DNA from: Chrysomallon squamiferum
Lineage: Eukaryota; Animalia; Mollusca
Length of the DNA: 64,000 nt
Assembly: GCA_012295275.1 (NCBI GenBank)
Contig: CM022678.1
Location: forward strand, 4,340,001-4,404,000
Direction: 5' to 3'
Part shown: piece after piece, positions 13,323-30,540 of the stretch
Numbering within the stretch: the first letter of the stretch is position 1
Layout of the letters: every line of letters starts with the position of its first letter
The notes under the pieces: model-generated
Database searches by the model: none
Told to the model about the DNA's origin: nothing
Seen by the model: the letters and a program-made list of their open reading frames with translations, nothing else
Made by a program: the position numbers and the translations under genes

Positions 13323-14096
13323 AATAAATCATTTAATTTATGGCTGTATATATAAAAATGTTTTTGTCAATAAACTGCATGCGGCGATGAAATGTGATAT
13401 TTTTTTTGTTTTCGATTGACAACAAAATTTACTTTATACCTTTTACATAATTAAAAAAAAGGTTAGACATATACACACACGTATACACACTACTACTACT
13501 ACTAATAATAATGATTTCATTATATTACAAACTTTTTTCTTTATTTTTGTTTTATATTTGTTTAATTTAAAAAAATATATATTATTATTATTATTTTTTC
13601 CCCTTTTCATTTCTTTCAGGTTTAAAAAAAAATGCTGAATGTAATCCATATAACCTCTGACCTTGACCTGACATCATTTCAGCTAGATGGATCTTAAACG
13701 TGTGTTCCACATCCAGATACAAATGAATCCATCCGAACAGAAAACCGGTTTCTCATATTATTTGCTTTTAATTTTGGTTTTCGTTCAGTCATCAGTAATT
13801 TGATCAAGGAACAGCAGTGAGAAGAAGAAGAAGAAGAAGAAGAAGAAAAAAAAAAAGAAGAAGAAAATGAAGAAGAATTAAACGAGATAGATGCAAAACA
13901 GCAACAACAAAAGGACGAAGAATGAGATTAATAAAATTCAGGAGAAAGGAAAAAAAGAGAGGAAATCTTCATTAAAATGAGTTTTCTTTCTCTTCAAGAT
14001 TACTCTATTAAATGTGTCACGTTCTTCGCATTTCTTTACTTTTCTCTTTCGTTAATTTCTTTAAATGTTCAATATATAATTCGTTGAGTACAGTGT

Positions 14097-14233
<137 letters not shown>

Positions 14234-15929
14234 CATAAACTAACATTATAACTCATATACTGATATTATAACAACTCATATATTAATACTTTGGAGGAAA
14301 CTAAAAACCCAAATTTAATGAGGATTGGACACAAAAAAAAGATTTCTATAATCAAAACTTTAGTTATCTGCTTCCACCATTCTTTTATGAAAAGGTAAAA
14401 AAAAAAAAAATAATAATAATAATAATAATAATAAAGAAAAATAAAGAAAAAAGAAAAAGAAGAAGAAAAAAAAGAAAACCACACATCTTTGGCTAAACCA
14501 ATTGATTTCAAAATCGTGGCGTTAAATTTGATTTTATAAAAACATTGGGAAACACGTTTTGAATCTGAAACACACTCCGCTGTAATGATTTTAGATTTGA
14601 AACTGATTCAGTTTAACACGTACTTTTCTTCGTCTGATTGAACAATGGTGCTGTTAAAGAGAAAATAAGTTAGCTGCGATAGATTTCGCTTTTCATTCCA
14701 CTACTGCTAAAACCACTAAAACTGATGGTGTTAATGTGGTATTTTATTATTATTGTTGTTGTTGCTGTTGTTGTTGTTATTATTATTATTATTATTAGTT
14801 GTAGTAGTAGTAGTATTTGTTGTTGTTGTTGTGTTGTTATTAGTAGTAGTTGTAATAGTAGTTGTTGTTGCTGTTGTTGTCGCTGCTGTTGTTGTATTAA
14901 TAGCAGTAGCAGAAGGAGAACAATATAATGATGATGACGATGACAGTGTATCAAGATCAAACAATGAAGATAACGATGACGATGATTATGGTGATGATGA
15001 TGATGATGATGATGAATTCCTTAGTATATCTGACAAGTACATTTTAATTGTATATCTATATAGTTGTATATATATTTATAGTTTTCTTGATAAACGTATC
15101 CAAAAAATTCTAATCTCTTACAATAATACTAAAAACACCATTCTGCTAACTCCTGATTTTTTGGCGAGTACGATAGAAAATAAATAAAGAATAACAAACT
15201 ATCCTCAGATTTAGTTACTGAAGCAACAGCATACACTAAGAGAAAGTTATATAAATAAACACCCTTTGCGTGAATTTTTGATACGTAGCAAAGCTAAAGA
15301 AAACAGGAAACTTCTCGTACATATATTCTGTGTTCACAAATTCAAATATCTTACCAAAACGCTATAGCTGGCGTTCGATACGAAATTATCTGTAGCAAAA
15401 GCTGGGTTCTCTTCTAGTACTATTATTTACCATTGCTCAGTTCAAATCTGATATTCCTTTTCTGGAACTGCAACGTCTCTCAGATCGTTTAGCATCACTG
15501 AATTTTCTTTTATTCCTCGGATTATTCTTTCATCAAACACAGAATCTGCTGCTCTTTATCTAAATGCTATCTTAATGGATTTTCTTTTCACTGCAAAATG
15601 AAAGAGATATCTCAGGCTGATGATTTTCACGCCTTTCGTTTGACCAAAGATTAGCGAGTATTAAACACATCAGCATCCTGAGCCTTCTTCTGTGAGGAAG
15701 ACGTCTGTGGAAATGTGGCAGTCCTCTAAATGTGGCAGTCCTCGTTGGTTATGTGTTATCGGACACATTTGTCTTTCCGGGGGGGCAATGACCATTGACC
15801 GGCGTGTCGATGACAGTGATACTAGTTTCTTTTGTTGTGTGTGCAGAGTCGGGAAGGAAAAAGGATGAGGATGCAAGAAAGGAGATGAATACAATTTTAT
15901 ACTATTACAACGACAACTATTTGCTACTT

Positions 15930-15967
<38 letters not shown>

Positions 15968-16255
15968 AATAATAATAACGAAACCAATATTATTGCTGCT
16001 GCTATGACTACTACTACTATTACTACTCCTACTACTACTACTACTACTACTACTAATAATAATAATAATAATAGTAAAATAATAATAATAATAATAATAA
16101 TAATTATAGCAAAAATAAAAAATACGAAAATAGTAGCAACACAAATTGTGATCAATATGCATTACGTTCAATACACTTTTGACAAAAATGAAATAAGAAA
16201 AATAACATCCATTGTCTATTTTTTACGGCTGAAATGATTCCAGATGTTAGTAATA

Positions 16256-16305
<50 letters not shown>

Positions 16306-16369
16306 AAGAAGAAGAAGAAGAAGAAGAAAACGAAGAAGAAGAAGAAAAACAACAACAACAACAACAACA

Positions 16370-16404
<35 letters not shown>

Positions 16405-16877
16405 AATATCTACCTATCTATTCATCAATATACATAGTTAGATAAATAGACAGAGAGACAGATCTTTCAGCCTTTATTTCTACAAGCCCTTGCACAATGT
16501 CTACACAATCTTCTCCTAAGAATCATATCTGCTAGAATTATGCTGCTGTGTAAGCGAATGATTTCTAAAGATACCTAATCTTGCTGAAAAAAACATTATG
16601 AGAATATTGCTATAAAGTAAATATTGTGTTTGCTTACTCAATCGTAAGATGAGGAAATTGGATTTTTAAAAACAGTTTATTGACTTTTATATTATGTGGG
16701 ATATATTTCAGTTTCCTGCTAATACATGGTTTGCGAAAGAATTGGGTCACTAGGTCATGGTCTCAAGTAACAATTCAAATTTTAAAATTCATTTGTGGGT
16801 TTTTTCGAAAATTTTGTGAATATTAAATCTAGACTGTGTACAAGATTATATGTATGAAATAAGTCTGTATGTTTTGT

Positions 16878-16968
<91 letters not shown>

Positions 16969-17512
16969 TATACCGTTGTCTTTATGTTTTGTTGAATATA
17001 TGTATGTTTATGAGCGGTTCATATTATTTAAATACTTTTATTCATATTATTTTATTCATCATCATAATCATCATCTTCTTCCTGTTATTTTTATCATTGC
17101 TATCATTATCATCATCATCATCATCATCATCACTATCATCATCATCACCACGAGCAGCACCATTTTAAATACAACAAATTAAGTTAATTCGAGGATATGA
17201 CGAAATATCAAGGTTGACGAAATAATCCTTGCCAATTTACCCCTCACTATAATTTCCACGTAGGAAACAAAAGTACTTAAAAGCAGTTACTGGACTCAGA
17301 TGCTCTGCTATTATATACTAAGATTTTTTAACGCTACTTTATCGCTAGGGTTCATCAAGGACTGAGGCAAGGGGAGTTTTCATTGTGCTCTGTGTAACAT
17401 TGAAATTGAAATCAGTTGTCTTGTAATTATTATTATCTGTCTCTCTGCTTCATTTTATTATTACTGTTGTTGTTGTTGTTCTTGTCGTTGTTGTTGTTAT
17501 TATTATTATTAC

Positions 17513-17566
<54 letters not shown>

Positions 17567-18240
17567 GTGTTATATTTATCTGCTAATATATTGATATACG
17601 TACGTGCGTTTGTGTGTGTGTGCGTGTGTGTATGTGTAAAACTTAATTTAGGGCCCCAAGCCTGTTTATTACCAGTTCCTTTTCTGAGCCAATGTAATAC
17701 GTAAAAACAAAATAATAATAATAATAATAATGTCTAAAGAAGAAGAAAAAAAAATATAAAAAAAATGATGAATAAATAAATAAATGAATGAATAAATAAA
17801 ATAAAATAATTGAAAATGACACAAAACAAACCATAAATGAAAAAAAAAAATGATAAAATAAAATTGTTAGCGGACGCATCCCTCTGAATCTCTTCCAGTA
17901 CCGGACCTTCATAGCGATCGTAATGAAATGCTTACTGAGATTTCCATATGATTCTCATCTAATTTTCTAGTCTTTATGTCTATATGATGCAGAGAGATTT
18001 CTATGCCAAGTGTAGACTGTGTGACTGTCTTTGATAGCTGATGCACAGATTCACAGCAAGGGAAAATAATACGAGACTTGCCACACTTTTCGTGAAATTT
18101 ACGAATTCCAATCGGAATGGTTAGTTCTACTGCAAATCAGTTTCATTTAGAAGCCTGGAGGGAAATGGAATAGAAAAGTCTGAAATAGAATTTCATTATG
18201 TTAGTATCTGTTTTATGTGATTCTTGGAAAGCATAAAAGT

Positions 18241-19375
<1,135 letters not shown>

Positions 19376-19977
19376 AAACAAGCAAACAAAAAGGGAAAAA
19401 GAAAGACGAAAAAAAAATAAGTATTGGTAATGATTATTACTGGCAATTTTCTTTAATGTAGAATTCCTGTTATATATATATATATAACAACGACGTATTG
19501 TGTTTAATGTGAAATGCAAGTAGCGCATTAAGATATATGATTTGTTAAATGCAAATGGAGTTTTAGGATATATAATTAGCAACTAATGGCTTCCGTTCAT
19601 GTAAACAGGTGATAAACATTTTTGGAGTTTTTTATTATATATTTGTTTTAGGTTTTTTTTTTTTTTTTTTTTAATAGCGCGTTGAATGAAGTAATAAAAA
19701 GATATTTGATTTTTTCATCATCTAAAGAATCACTTTTACCATTAAAAAAAAAAAAAAAAAAAAAATATTAAAGAGAAACATAAAATATCAAGAACCTTTA
19801 AAATGTTTTAAGTTTTAATGGATTTAAGTTATAAATGAAAGTTTATGAATCAGTCGTGTTTTTATGTTTATATATTTAGATTTATACTGAAGTTACTAAA
19901 CAGGGCTTTCATACGTAATTGATTCATGTATCTACTAAATGATCCTATATATCTCCAGTAGTTTTACGACGACTGTT

Positions 19978-19996
19978 TGACGTCATTGTGACGTCA
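19978..19996. promoter_or_regulatory. Tandem pair of perfect CRE palindromes (TGACGTCA x2)
   Basis: TGACGTCA at 19978-19985 and 19989-19996; further perfect copies at 20761 and 60782. Confidence 0.45.
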
Positions 19997-20051
19997 TAAA
20001 ATAGAAAAAACGTTTCCTGTTCAATCTTTCTCGGATGCTTACGAACGTTTC

Positions 20052-20096
<45 letters not shown>

Positions 20097-20333
20097 GATA
20101 CTGTATTTCCTCTGATATTTCTATAATATTCGCCATCGTTGTACTAGATAGTAAATTTGCGTTATAAGGCTGTTGAAAATCAATATTACGTAACAAATCG
20201 ATTTACAGTATTTATGCGCCAAAACACATCATTATTTAGTATTACTACTATTAAAATCGATTTTTGCTAAGTAGTTTTGATGCTTTTAAGAATGTATTTA
20301 CTGAAACATAAATCATTAAATTTTTCACAGATG

Positions 20334-20406
<73 letters not shown>

Positions 20407-20437
20407 TATATACACATATACATATTATTGACAAAGA

Positions 20438-20473
<36 letters not shown>

Positions 20474-21079
20474 GGTTTGTTATTCATATAGTTTAGTTTA
20501 TTTTTAAATATTTCTTCATCTTTTTCTTTTTTTTTTTTTTTTTTTTTTCATCATAAAAGGAAAACAGACAAAACAAAAAAAAAGAAGATGAAAGAAGAAA
20601 ACCAAAAAAAGAAGAAAGAAAAACAGTGTTTCAATTTTAGAAACACCCAATGATTGTTTAACCTTCAGAAACCACAGAAATAAAAAACAGTTTTAAAACA
20701 GCATTCATTTCATTAGATAATTCGATTTGAGTTTTATACTGAGCAGATTTGACAGGGCTGTGACGTCAATGGAAACGAGAGAATAAGAAGACGGAACGTT
20801 TGAAATAAAGAAAAAAAAAAAAAAAGAAAAAATTTTAAAACATGAAGAGACTTCAAGAAAATGCTAAATGTCGAAATAATGGGATGACATAAAAAAAAAA
20901 AAAAAAAAAAAAAAAATGCTGTTAAATACATAGACATAAACAAATAAACATGTGTACCTACTAAAATAACCAAGAATCAGGCATTTACGTACACACAAAT
21001 ACATATATAAACAATTCCTATATGCATACATACATACACACATATAAGCACGTAACTGCATACATACATACATACCATA

Positions 21080-21260
21080 GTTGTCATGCAGGCCGAACGG
21101 TAACATAAGCAGCCTTCGGAGTGCGGGGAAATGGATGCCAAACGTTCGAGTCTCGTCAACGGCATCTGACGGGGTTTGTGAGGTCGTGATTGGACTTTGT
21201 CCTCCTGCGCCAGTGCGTTCCTGAATATTGTCTATGTACAGAGTCTAATCAGACCAAAAT
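21080..21260 (+). mobile_element. tRNA-derived SINE-like element, most complete copy
   Basis: A-box-like AGGCCGAACGG (~21090), B-box GTTCGAGTC (21144-21152), a tRNA-like 3' stem ending CGGCA, then a ~90-bp body and a (TACA)n tail. Two further homologous copies lie in the window. Confidence 0.75.
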
Positions 21261-21295
21261 ACATACATATACATGTAGACCCATTCATTTATAAG

Positions 21296-21327
<32 letters not shown>

Positions 21328-21705
21328 CACACACAAACACATACATACGCACATACATACAGTTTGAAAACAAGGAGTAAGCATAACGTATCGGCGAAAG
21401 TAAAAGATTGGAGAACAATTTTTTTTGAGTCTTTCAGCCGTTGCAAAACTCCCTATGTACAGAACTCGAATGTTTTTTATAAATTGTAATAATTATAGCA
21501 GTACTACTACTACTAGTAGTAGTACTAGTACTAGTACTAGTAATGATAATAATAATAACCATGACAGAGATTGTCAAACGTAAGTTCTGCTTAAGTAATT
21601 TTATTTATTTATTTATTTATTTATATGTTTGTTTGTTTTGATTATATTTTATTTTGTTTATTTCATTGTATTTATTTATTTATTTATTTGTGTATTTTTT
21701 TATTT

Positions 21706-21736
<31 letters not shown>

Positions 21737-23093
21737 CAAATATGGAATATGATGTTGATTATAACAATAGTAAATAAAGATAGATAGAAAGAAAAAAAAA
21801 AGAAAGAAAGAAAGAAAGAACAATTGATTCTAACATCATTATTTTTGTGTTCTGTGGCTTTATAAGTAATAGTACTTTCCGATAATAAAATTCCATTATT
21901 TAGATAAAATAAGTCATTTTTATTACGTGTATAATTTCTGAACGTAATTGGATGCAGCCAGTTTAGGACCATTAAACCAGATATGACTGATTTGTTTATT
22001 AATAGTAGTAGTAATAGTAGTAGTAATAATATTGATAATAATGGTAATAGAAACAGTAATGGTGTAATAGTAGTAGTACTGGTAACAATAGCAACAGATG
22101 TAGTAGTAGTAGTAGTAGAAGTAATAGTAGTAGCAGTGGTAGTAGTAGTAATAATGGTTGTTACTGTTGCAGTTGAAGCTGTGGGGTTGTAATAGTAGTA
22201 GTGATGTTCCGGATGATAACATTTATAGTAGTTGCGGTTGTCATGATGGTAGCTGTTGTAGTAGTGATGATTGCATTATAATAGATAGAGTTATATAGTA
22301 TTAACAGTAGGGAAGATAGCAGCAGTGATGGCTGTAGTAGTTGTTGTAGTAGTAGTATCAATTGTAGTAGTAATTGTAGTAGTAGCAGTCGTAGCAGTAA
22401 TGATGATAATGATAGCGGAAGTGGTAGTGGCAAGGGAGGTAGTGTTCGTAGTAGTTGTAGTAGTAGTTGTTGTAGTAGTAGTAGTAGTTGTAGTAGTAGT
22501 AGTAGTAGTAATGGTGGTAAAGGTGATGGCTACTAGTTAAACCTATGATTCTATCAGTATTTCTTCTTGTAGTTGCAAATTTGAAACAAAAACTTTTCCC
22601 TTTCATTAGTCCACACATCTTTATGTCACACAGACCTTCCTACATCCGAACTGACGTCCAACAGTTCTTGCTAATGCTCTTCATGAAATATCTCTTCTTC
22701 TTCTTTTTTTAACTCAGATTTTCTATTGTCCCTGGCATTCCATTTCACTCGTGACCGTGAATAAAGGAAGCGATTCCTGGGAAAGAACCTCTTCGAGAGT
22801 TATAAGCTCCGAGGCAAAGAGCTAAATAAAGCTTGATCAAAAACACTCGAGCAAAATAATAAGGACTCTTGCTGCGGCCACAGAAACTGTGTTCGGTCAT
22901 CGTTCGTTTATCTCTTCGTGTGTAATATGTCGGCGAATCCCTTTTCTAAAACAGTGAAAAAAAAAAAAAAATGGAAACGTGGTCTGTTACTGCCAAGGAC
23001 AATTATGTGACTTACAGGAACCGTTTTGACAACGTCTTAGTGATTTATTGATTCCTTATTTTTGGTTCTTGGCTTCATTTTTTTTTTTTTTTT

Positions 23094-23144
<51 letters not shown>

Positions 23145-24639
23145 TGGTAGTCGAAAGCTCAAAGACTGAAAGCTGCCTGTGTGTGCAGTCTGCCAGACTG
23201 AAGTTTAAAGTGACGAGAAAATGAGATAGGTTCTTAATCAGACAGTGATAGTTAGTGACAAAAAAAAAAAAATCTACCGCTGCTATTACTACATATGGCT
23301 ACTACTACTATTACTACTACGGCTGCCACTACCACTACTATTATCACTTCCACTACTACTACGTCTGTCACTAACCCTAGTACTTTCACTTCCACTAGTA
23401 CTATCACTACTACTACACCAGTACTAAAGTTTCTAACTTCTAATAGCATTACTACCAATACTATTCCTGTAGTTTAACTTCCTACTGTTTTTCTACTTTT
23501 TTATTCACTTTCGTTTTTTGTTGTTCTCTTTCTTCTTTTACTAAACGTATTGTTTCTTCTTTGTCTACTTTTTAATATCGTTTTATTACTTTTCATCATC
23601 TTCATTGCAGTAATTATTATACATAGTTCCTTTTTTCACTATTGCAGTCGTAATCAAATGAAGTGAAATATTCTGAAATAAAGAAAGAAAGAATGAAAGA
23701 AAGAGAGAAACAAGAAAGAAAGAAAAAAGAAAGAAAGAAAGAAAGAAAAGAATCAAGAAAGAAATCAAAACAAAAATAAAAAACATGAAAAAAAAATAAT
23801 ATGTATAATAAACAAGAAAGAAAAAAAAAAGTTAAATGTATACTAAAAACAAAACCTCAAAACACCAATAAAATAAAATAAAAATAAAACAAACAAACAA
23901 ACAAATAATATTAAAATAAAAAAGATGAAAAATAATATGTATAATAAACAAGAAAGAAAAAAAAGTTAAATGTATATTAAAAAATAATAATAATAATAAA
24001 AAAGATACGAAAGTAATCTTTCTGATTAATCTTATAAAGAAGCCATAAAATTCAGAAATCATGACTGTTTTTCTAGGATCTCTTTATTCCTGTCTCGTTC
24101 TTTTAAAACATTTTTTTTAAATTCATCCATATAATTTGTCTGCATGCAAAATACGATTATGTTCTCAGACTTAAAGGTCCCATAATGGCCGCCAGTATAA
24201 TTCTTACGTATTTTTAAACTCTATTTCTAAATTTAAAATTTTGTTTTAAAACTTACTAAAAAACACAGAAATAAATAAAATTAAATTAATAAAACTCAAA
24301 TAACTTTTATTACTTCATTAAAAAAAATAACAATAATTAAAAATAATAATTAAAAAAACAGTTATTTAAAAAAAAGTGTATAACCTATTTAAACTAAAAA
24401 AAAAACATTTACCTACTAAATCATTATCTCTGTTTTCGATCTATTTTCACTACGTACACACATCATCCCAGTTTCTGCTAATTACATATATATTACACTA
24501 TTTGCATTTCACATTAAACATAATGCTTGCTGCTAGTGTTCCTGTAGATAGATAATAGATATTCTGCATTAAAGACAATTGCCAGGAATAATTATTACCA
24601 ATACTTCTTTCCTTCTTACATTTCAGATTTTTTCAGATT

Positions 24640-25087
24640 TTTTCTCACAAAACTACGCGAATTAATTCACGTATATTAACACTGTATGATGTTAGTACGT
24701 GTCTGAAATTAATTGATTAATTGGATTCTTTCGACTAGAACTGTTTGGTTTACTTATATTTATTTTCAGAGAATAGAGGTGAATAGTTTTATCTACGTTA
24801 CTGGAGACAGCAACATTAAAAAAAACAACGTTTGAGTTGTTTTAACAAAGTTGTTATTACATTTCAATAAAAGGCTAATCCTGCAAATGTCTGTTTTAGT
24901 TTTCTTCTATTTTTATTTATTTATTTATTCATTTATTTATTCTTTCTGCTACTTTTACTACTACTATTACTACCACAACCATCACCACTACTACTACTAC
25001 TACTGTAGTTATTATTATTATTATTATTATTACAAGGAGAAAACAAATTGTAATAGCCGAATATTCATGATAATGATGATGATTTTG

Positions 25088-25122
<35 letters not shown>

Positions 25123-25576
25123 CCAACCAATTATTATTATTATTACAAGAAGAAAAAAGAAGACAAACTGTAATAGCACAATAATGATGATGATGATAAT
25201 AAACCAACAACAAAATACATAAAATACAGCTAAAACAAGAACAATAATAAGCACTCTGTACCTACATCATTATTATCATATAATGTTTCCATTACGTGAC
25301 GTTTGTTTAGATTTCTGTAGACAAATTGGTTTTGTTTTGTCATCACGTTCCTAAGCCGCTCGCATTTGCACGCACTACACAAGTACATTCAGAGAGAGAG
25401 AGTTTACGCAAATAAACTTTGATTGATTACAAAATGGTATCATTGAGAAAGTTAATGGATATTGGAATTCCAGATCAACACTGATATTTTTTGTTTTAAA
25501 TTAGCTCATTTTGGAGTAAATCGACGTATAAACATTTGTTTTGTCAGGCAAAAAAGGGTAAGATGTACTCTTGTTA
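24640..25576 (+). repeat. Right arm of the inverted duplication (partner 18575-19375)
   Basis: Reverse-complement match over both unique segments. The internal simple-repeat block differs in length. Confidence 0.93.
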
Positions 25577-25791
25577 GAGAGAGAGGGAGAGTGATTCAAT
25601 TTTTGTTTGTTTAGTTTATACTTCTTTCTTTCTTTTTCGCCTAAAACTAACAAAAAAAGAGAGGTAGAGGCAGTCTTATAGTAAGGAAGTGAGAGGGAGT
25701 AAAAATAAATAAATAAATAAATACAAGAGAGAGAATATATACATATAGGCTGATAGACGGAAACGAAAGATGTTTACATATATATATATAT

Positions 25792-25885
<94 letters not shown>

Positions 25886-27235
25886 AGACAGATTTATACA
25901 TACATACTTAGAAAAAGAGTTAAAATTACATAGAAAGATATACAGATTGACAGACAGACAGATAGGTAAAATCTGTATATTACATCTAGTTCATTTATCG
26001 AGATATGAAATTATGCAAGTTCTATCTGAATTCGACTTGTATTTATTAACATCGAAAACAGTATATATATATATATATATATATATAAATTATAAATAAA
26101 TTCTGTATTAAAACGTATTGAAAGAATGTCTGTTCAGATTAGGGTCACGATAATTAGCATTTTCTCCAGTCTGAACGGAACCTTTTTCTCAGTTATCAAA
26201 CATCGACTGTTGTTTCTTGATCTGCCTGACAAAAACCAGGCTAAGTATTTCATTTACACCGTGTTCTCACTCCAGAATGGCGTCGTCGTTGAAGTAGCAC
26301 GATAAACGGTGGCCCAGCTACGATTATCTCGCTGTAAAACGACGTCATCGAAGTCTGGGAAACAGTACGTCCTTTGTTGACCTTTTGGAATCCTGTTTAC
26401 GAAGCTAACTTGACCTTGTTGTCGATAGCAGAAAGGTTATTAATGTGTCCATCATTTTAACTGTGTTACTTTAGTTTAGAATAATATATACATTCTGTGG
26501 GTCTTCTGTTTTTAATCTGGTGTTTGATCCTTTTTAATACTGTTAGATTGATATTTGAAAATAATAAATAGGCAATACCTCTATATATATATATATACAC
26601 ACACATCATATATAATTATATTAGATCACTTTTCTAATTTTCGTTTATTAATTTCTATTGTCTTTTTTCGTTCTTTCTTTCATTCATTCCTTCTTTCGCT
26701 CGTGTCCGTTCGTGTTGTAATAAAGAAAAATTAAAATGTAAAATAACAAAGGAAATAAATAATAAAAAAGACAAACAAATAAACAAATAAGAAATGTCTA
26801 ATGATGAAGGAAACAACAGAAACAGCAACAGCAACTGCAACTGCAAAAATATAAAATAATAATGAAAATAAATAAATTAATTTAAAATACTAATAATTAT
26901 AAAAAAAATAATAATAATAATAATGATGATGATGATAAAATAAGGAGCAAAAACATTATAAAGATTACACAAATTAGATGACGAAATTAAAAAAAAATCA
27001 ATAAATAAAAATATAAATATAAAAAAATCATAATAATAAAAAAAGAAGACAAAAAAGCTGTACCAAGAAAGTAAGAAAACAAATCATAATAATACTAATT
27101 TTAGACGGTGAAGAAAACAGACAGACAAACAGACAGGTAGGTAGGTAAATTAAGAAAAGAGAAATTAAAGAAAGAAGAAAAAAGTTACGCGCAGAAAAGA
27201 GATAAACAAGAAGAAGGAAACAAACCAAAAAAAAA

Positions 27236-27267
<32 letters not shown>

Positions 27268-27828
27268 AAGAAAAACAGGAAGGAAGCAAACAAGTAAACA
27301 AAAATAAATAATGCATAAATCAAGAAGTGAAAATAAAGAAGAAAAAACAAATTTGAAGCAAGAAGAAGTAAATGAATGAAACAAGGAAACAAAAAAAATC
27401 ATCTCTGTGTCTACAAATAAAACGACTTAACGTCATTCACAATTTCTCTGGTTGAGTCCTGAACGACAGATGCTATTTTTTGATTTCTGTTTCTGGTTAA
27501 GCAGAAGTCAGTCAAACTATCTGAAGCTTTCTTCTTCATTTATTTCTCCGCACGGCTCTGTACGATATTTCTGGCACAGTGGATATCCATTAAATACTTT
27601 TTATTCCAAAAACCCCCCCAGAAATATCAAGTGGTGATCATTTGTTTTATAAAGTGAAGGAGGCAATTAAAATTCTTTGAATCTCTCTTCCTTTGCGTGG
27701 GTTTGGGTAAAAGGTGTTTATTCATGTGTCTGCGTTTATTTTTATGTATCTAGCAACAAATACAAAATAGGCGATGGATCTAAAGTTTGGCTCTTTAAAA
27801 CAAAAAAATAGCAGATATCAGTCGCAAT

Positions 27829-28212
<384 letters not shown>

Positions 28213-28643
28213 TTTTTATTCCTGACTTTAAAGCTTTTCTGTAACATCCTGACTTGTCTGCCGAAAACAACTAATTGCTCCAAAAACGTCGACGTATTTA
28301 AGAAGATCAAAACGATCATTCTGTACGTAGTGGTTGTCAAAATGTCGGCGTTAAGACTGAAAGCCTTAGCGTCATATCCGTTGTCGCTGCTGTTGCTTCA
28401 TCAATCATCTCCGAATTAACAGCATTCATTAGTGAAGAAAAGAAAAACTGAAGACAGTGTTAGCACTTTAAAAGGTCAGAAAGAGAAAAGAATTTTGTTT
28501 AATGAATTATTTTTATTTGTAACCAACATCATCATCATCAGCATCATCAGCATGTTTTTAAAATTTCCATTATAATCGTTATCACTACCATGACTAACAT
28601 CATCATCATCATCATCAACAACAACTTAACAAAGAATATGTAT

Positions 28644-28856
28644 TATTAGAAAAACAGTAAAGAAAAACAAAATACGTTTTATTAGAAAATGTTAAAGAAA
28701 CACAAAATTCGTTTTAGTACAAAATGTTAAAGAAGCACAGAATACGTATCAGTACTAAATGTTAAAGAAACACAAGATACGCATTAGCAAAAACTTATTA
28801 AAGAAACAAAAGTTAAAGAAAAACAAAATACGCATTAGTAAAATTTGTTAAATAAA
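28644..28856. repeat. Degenerate ~35-bp minisatellite (..AAATGTTAAAGAAACACAAAATACG..), about 6 copies
   Basis: Recurring ttaaagaa and atacg cores at ~35-bp spacing. Confidence 0.8.
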
Positions 28857-29243
28857 AGTTCAAAGAGTTCAAGAAATAAACTCAAACATAGAAATAAACG
28901 TGTACAAATGTAAGAAACAATAAAGAAATGGTTGATCATAGAGTGTACCTTTTATAAATAACTCTTCTAGTCTGTACGTGACTGTACATGTCAGAATTTG
29001 CAAAACTCAATTTACTGTTTAGAATTTCAACAAAATGTTGTCAAGATTCGTATAATGAAGATGTCTTCTACAGTTGATTACAGTGTTAAAACGCTTTCCT
29101 CTTCCTTGAGTTATTTTTTTTAAATTTATTTAACTTTTATTTTCTTTTTCTTTTTCTTTTCTTTTCTTTTTTTTTACTTCCTGATTGAAGTCAGCTGGTT
29201 TAGACAACGATAATGTTTAGGGTAGCCTTTTCTTTTAAAAAAC

Positions 29244-29340
<97 letters not shown>

Positions 29341-29372
29341 CTCCCTCAACCTCCTTCTATGTTATATGTATA

Positions 29373-29403
<31 letters not shown>

Positions 29404-29979
29404 CTTTCTATATATATATATATATATATATTTGTAATTTTTATCTCTGCATCCCTCTCTCACACTTAAATGACACCAACATGATCAAACATGCACGCAT
29501 ATACACACACACACACTCACTAACACATCATCTCTTTAATCTTTGATGCTTTACACTGTAGTCTCGCCTGTATCAATTAGTGTCAGAGAAACGCGAACAC
29601 AGTTTTACCTCTGCTACTCCAACCGTTCAGACAACTGGCTTTGGTTTCGCTTACAATTCAACAATAAACAAATTTCGATCGCTCTGTCTGAGAGTTAACA
29701 CATACAAACAAACAGTACGCAGAGCTTAAAAGGGTCGACCTTTGTATTAGCGCAGTTTTAGGTGGATGAAAGTATCTGAAACTAGTATATGCACTTGTTG
29801 ATTACTCGTGCATTTGTTGTGTGGTGGTGTTATTAAGCGGTACAAATGCAATGCTTCAGTTTCTAAATAACGTTCGCACGGAGTTTTCTAAATATGGTCG
29901 TACGTACGTGCCAACCAACATACATGTTATGTGCATGCATACACAGGAATTTACGTACATGAATAAATATATACCTACC

Positions 29980-30035
<56 letters not shown>

Positions 30036-30137
30036 GTATGCATGCATGCATGCAGCCATTATAACAGGGAAGAAAACAAATAATAACGAAACTCAGTGAT
30101 TCATTTAATCAACAATAATTTCGGTTTTTCTTCCATT

Positions 30138-30540
30138 AAACATTTCCATATACAAAACATTTCAGTATGAAAAACGTTGCAGTGTGTAAACATTTCAATA
30201 TGTAAAACACTTCAGTATGTAAAACATTTCAGTATGTAAAATACTTCAGTATGTAAAACATTTCAGTATGTAAAATACTTCAGTATGTAAAACATTTCAG
30301 TATGTAAAACATTTCAGTATGTGAGATATTTCAGTATGTAAAATATTTCAATATGTAAAACATTTCAGTATGCAAAATATTTCAGAATATAAAACATTTC
30401 AGCATTTAAAAAGTTCAGCTTAAAACATTTTAGTATGTAAAACATTTTAGTATGTAAAACTTTTCAGTATGTAAAATATTTCAGAATATAAAACACTTCA
30501 ATATGTAAAACATTTCAGACTGTAAAATATTTCAGCATGT
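30138..30540. repeat. 17-bp minisatellite (AAAACATTTCAGTATGT)n, about 23 copies
   Basis: Units start at 30221, 30238, 30255 and onward. Confidence 0.95.

Noticed and set aside
21080-21165. Functional tRNA gene
   Set aside because: Acceptor and anticodon arms pair poorly, and homology with two other copies extends ~90 bp beyond the tRNA-like part, as expected for a SINE.
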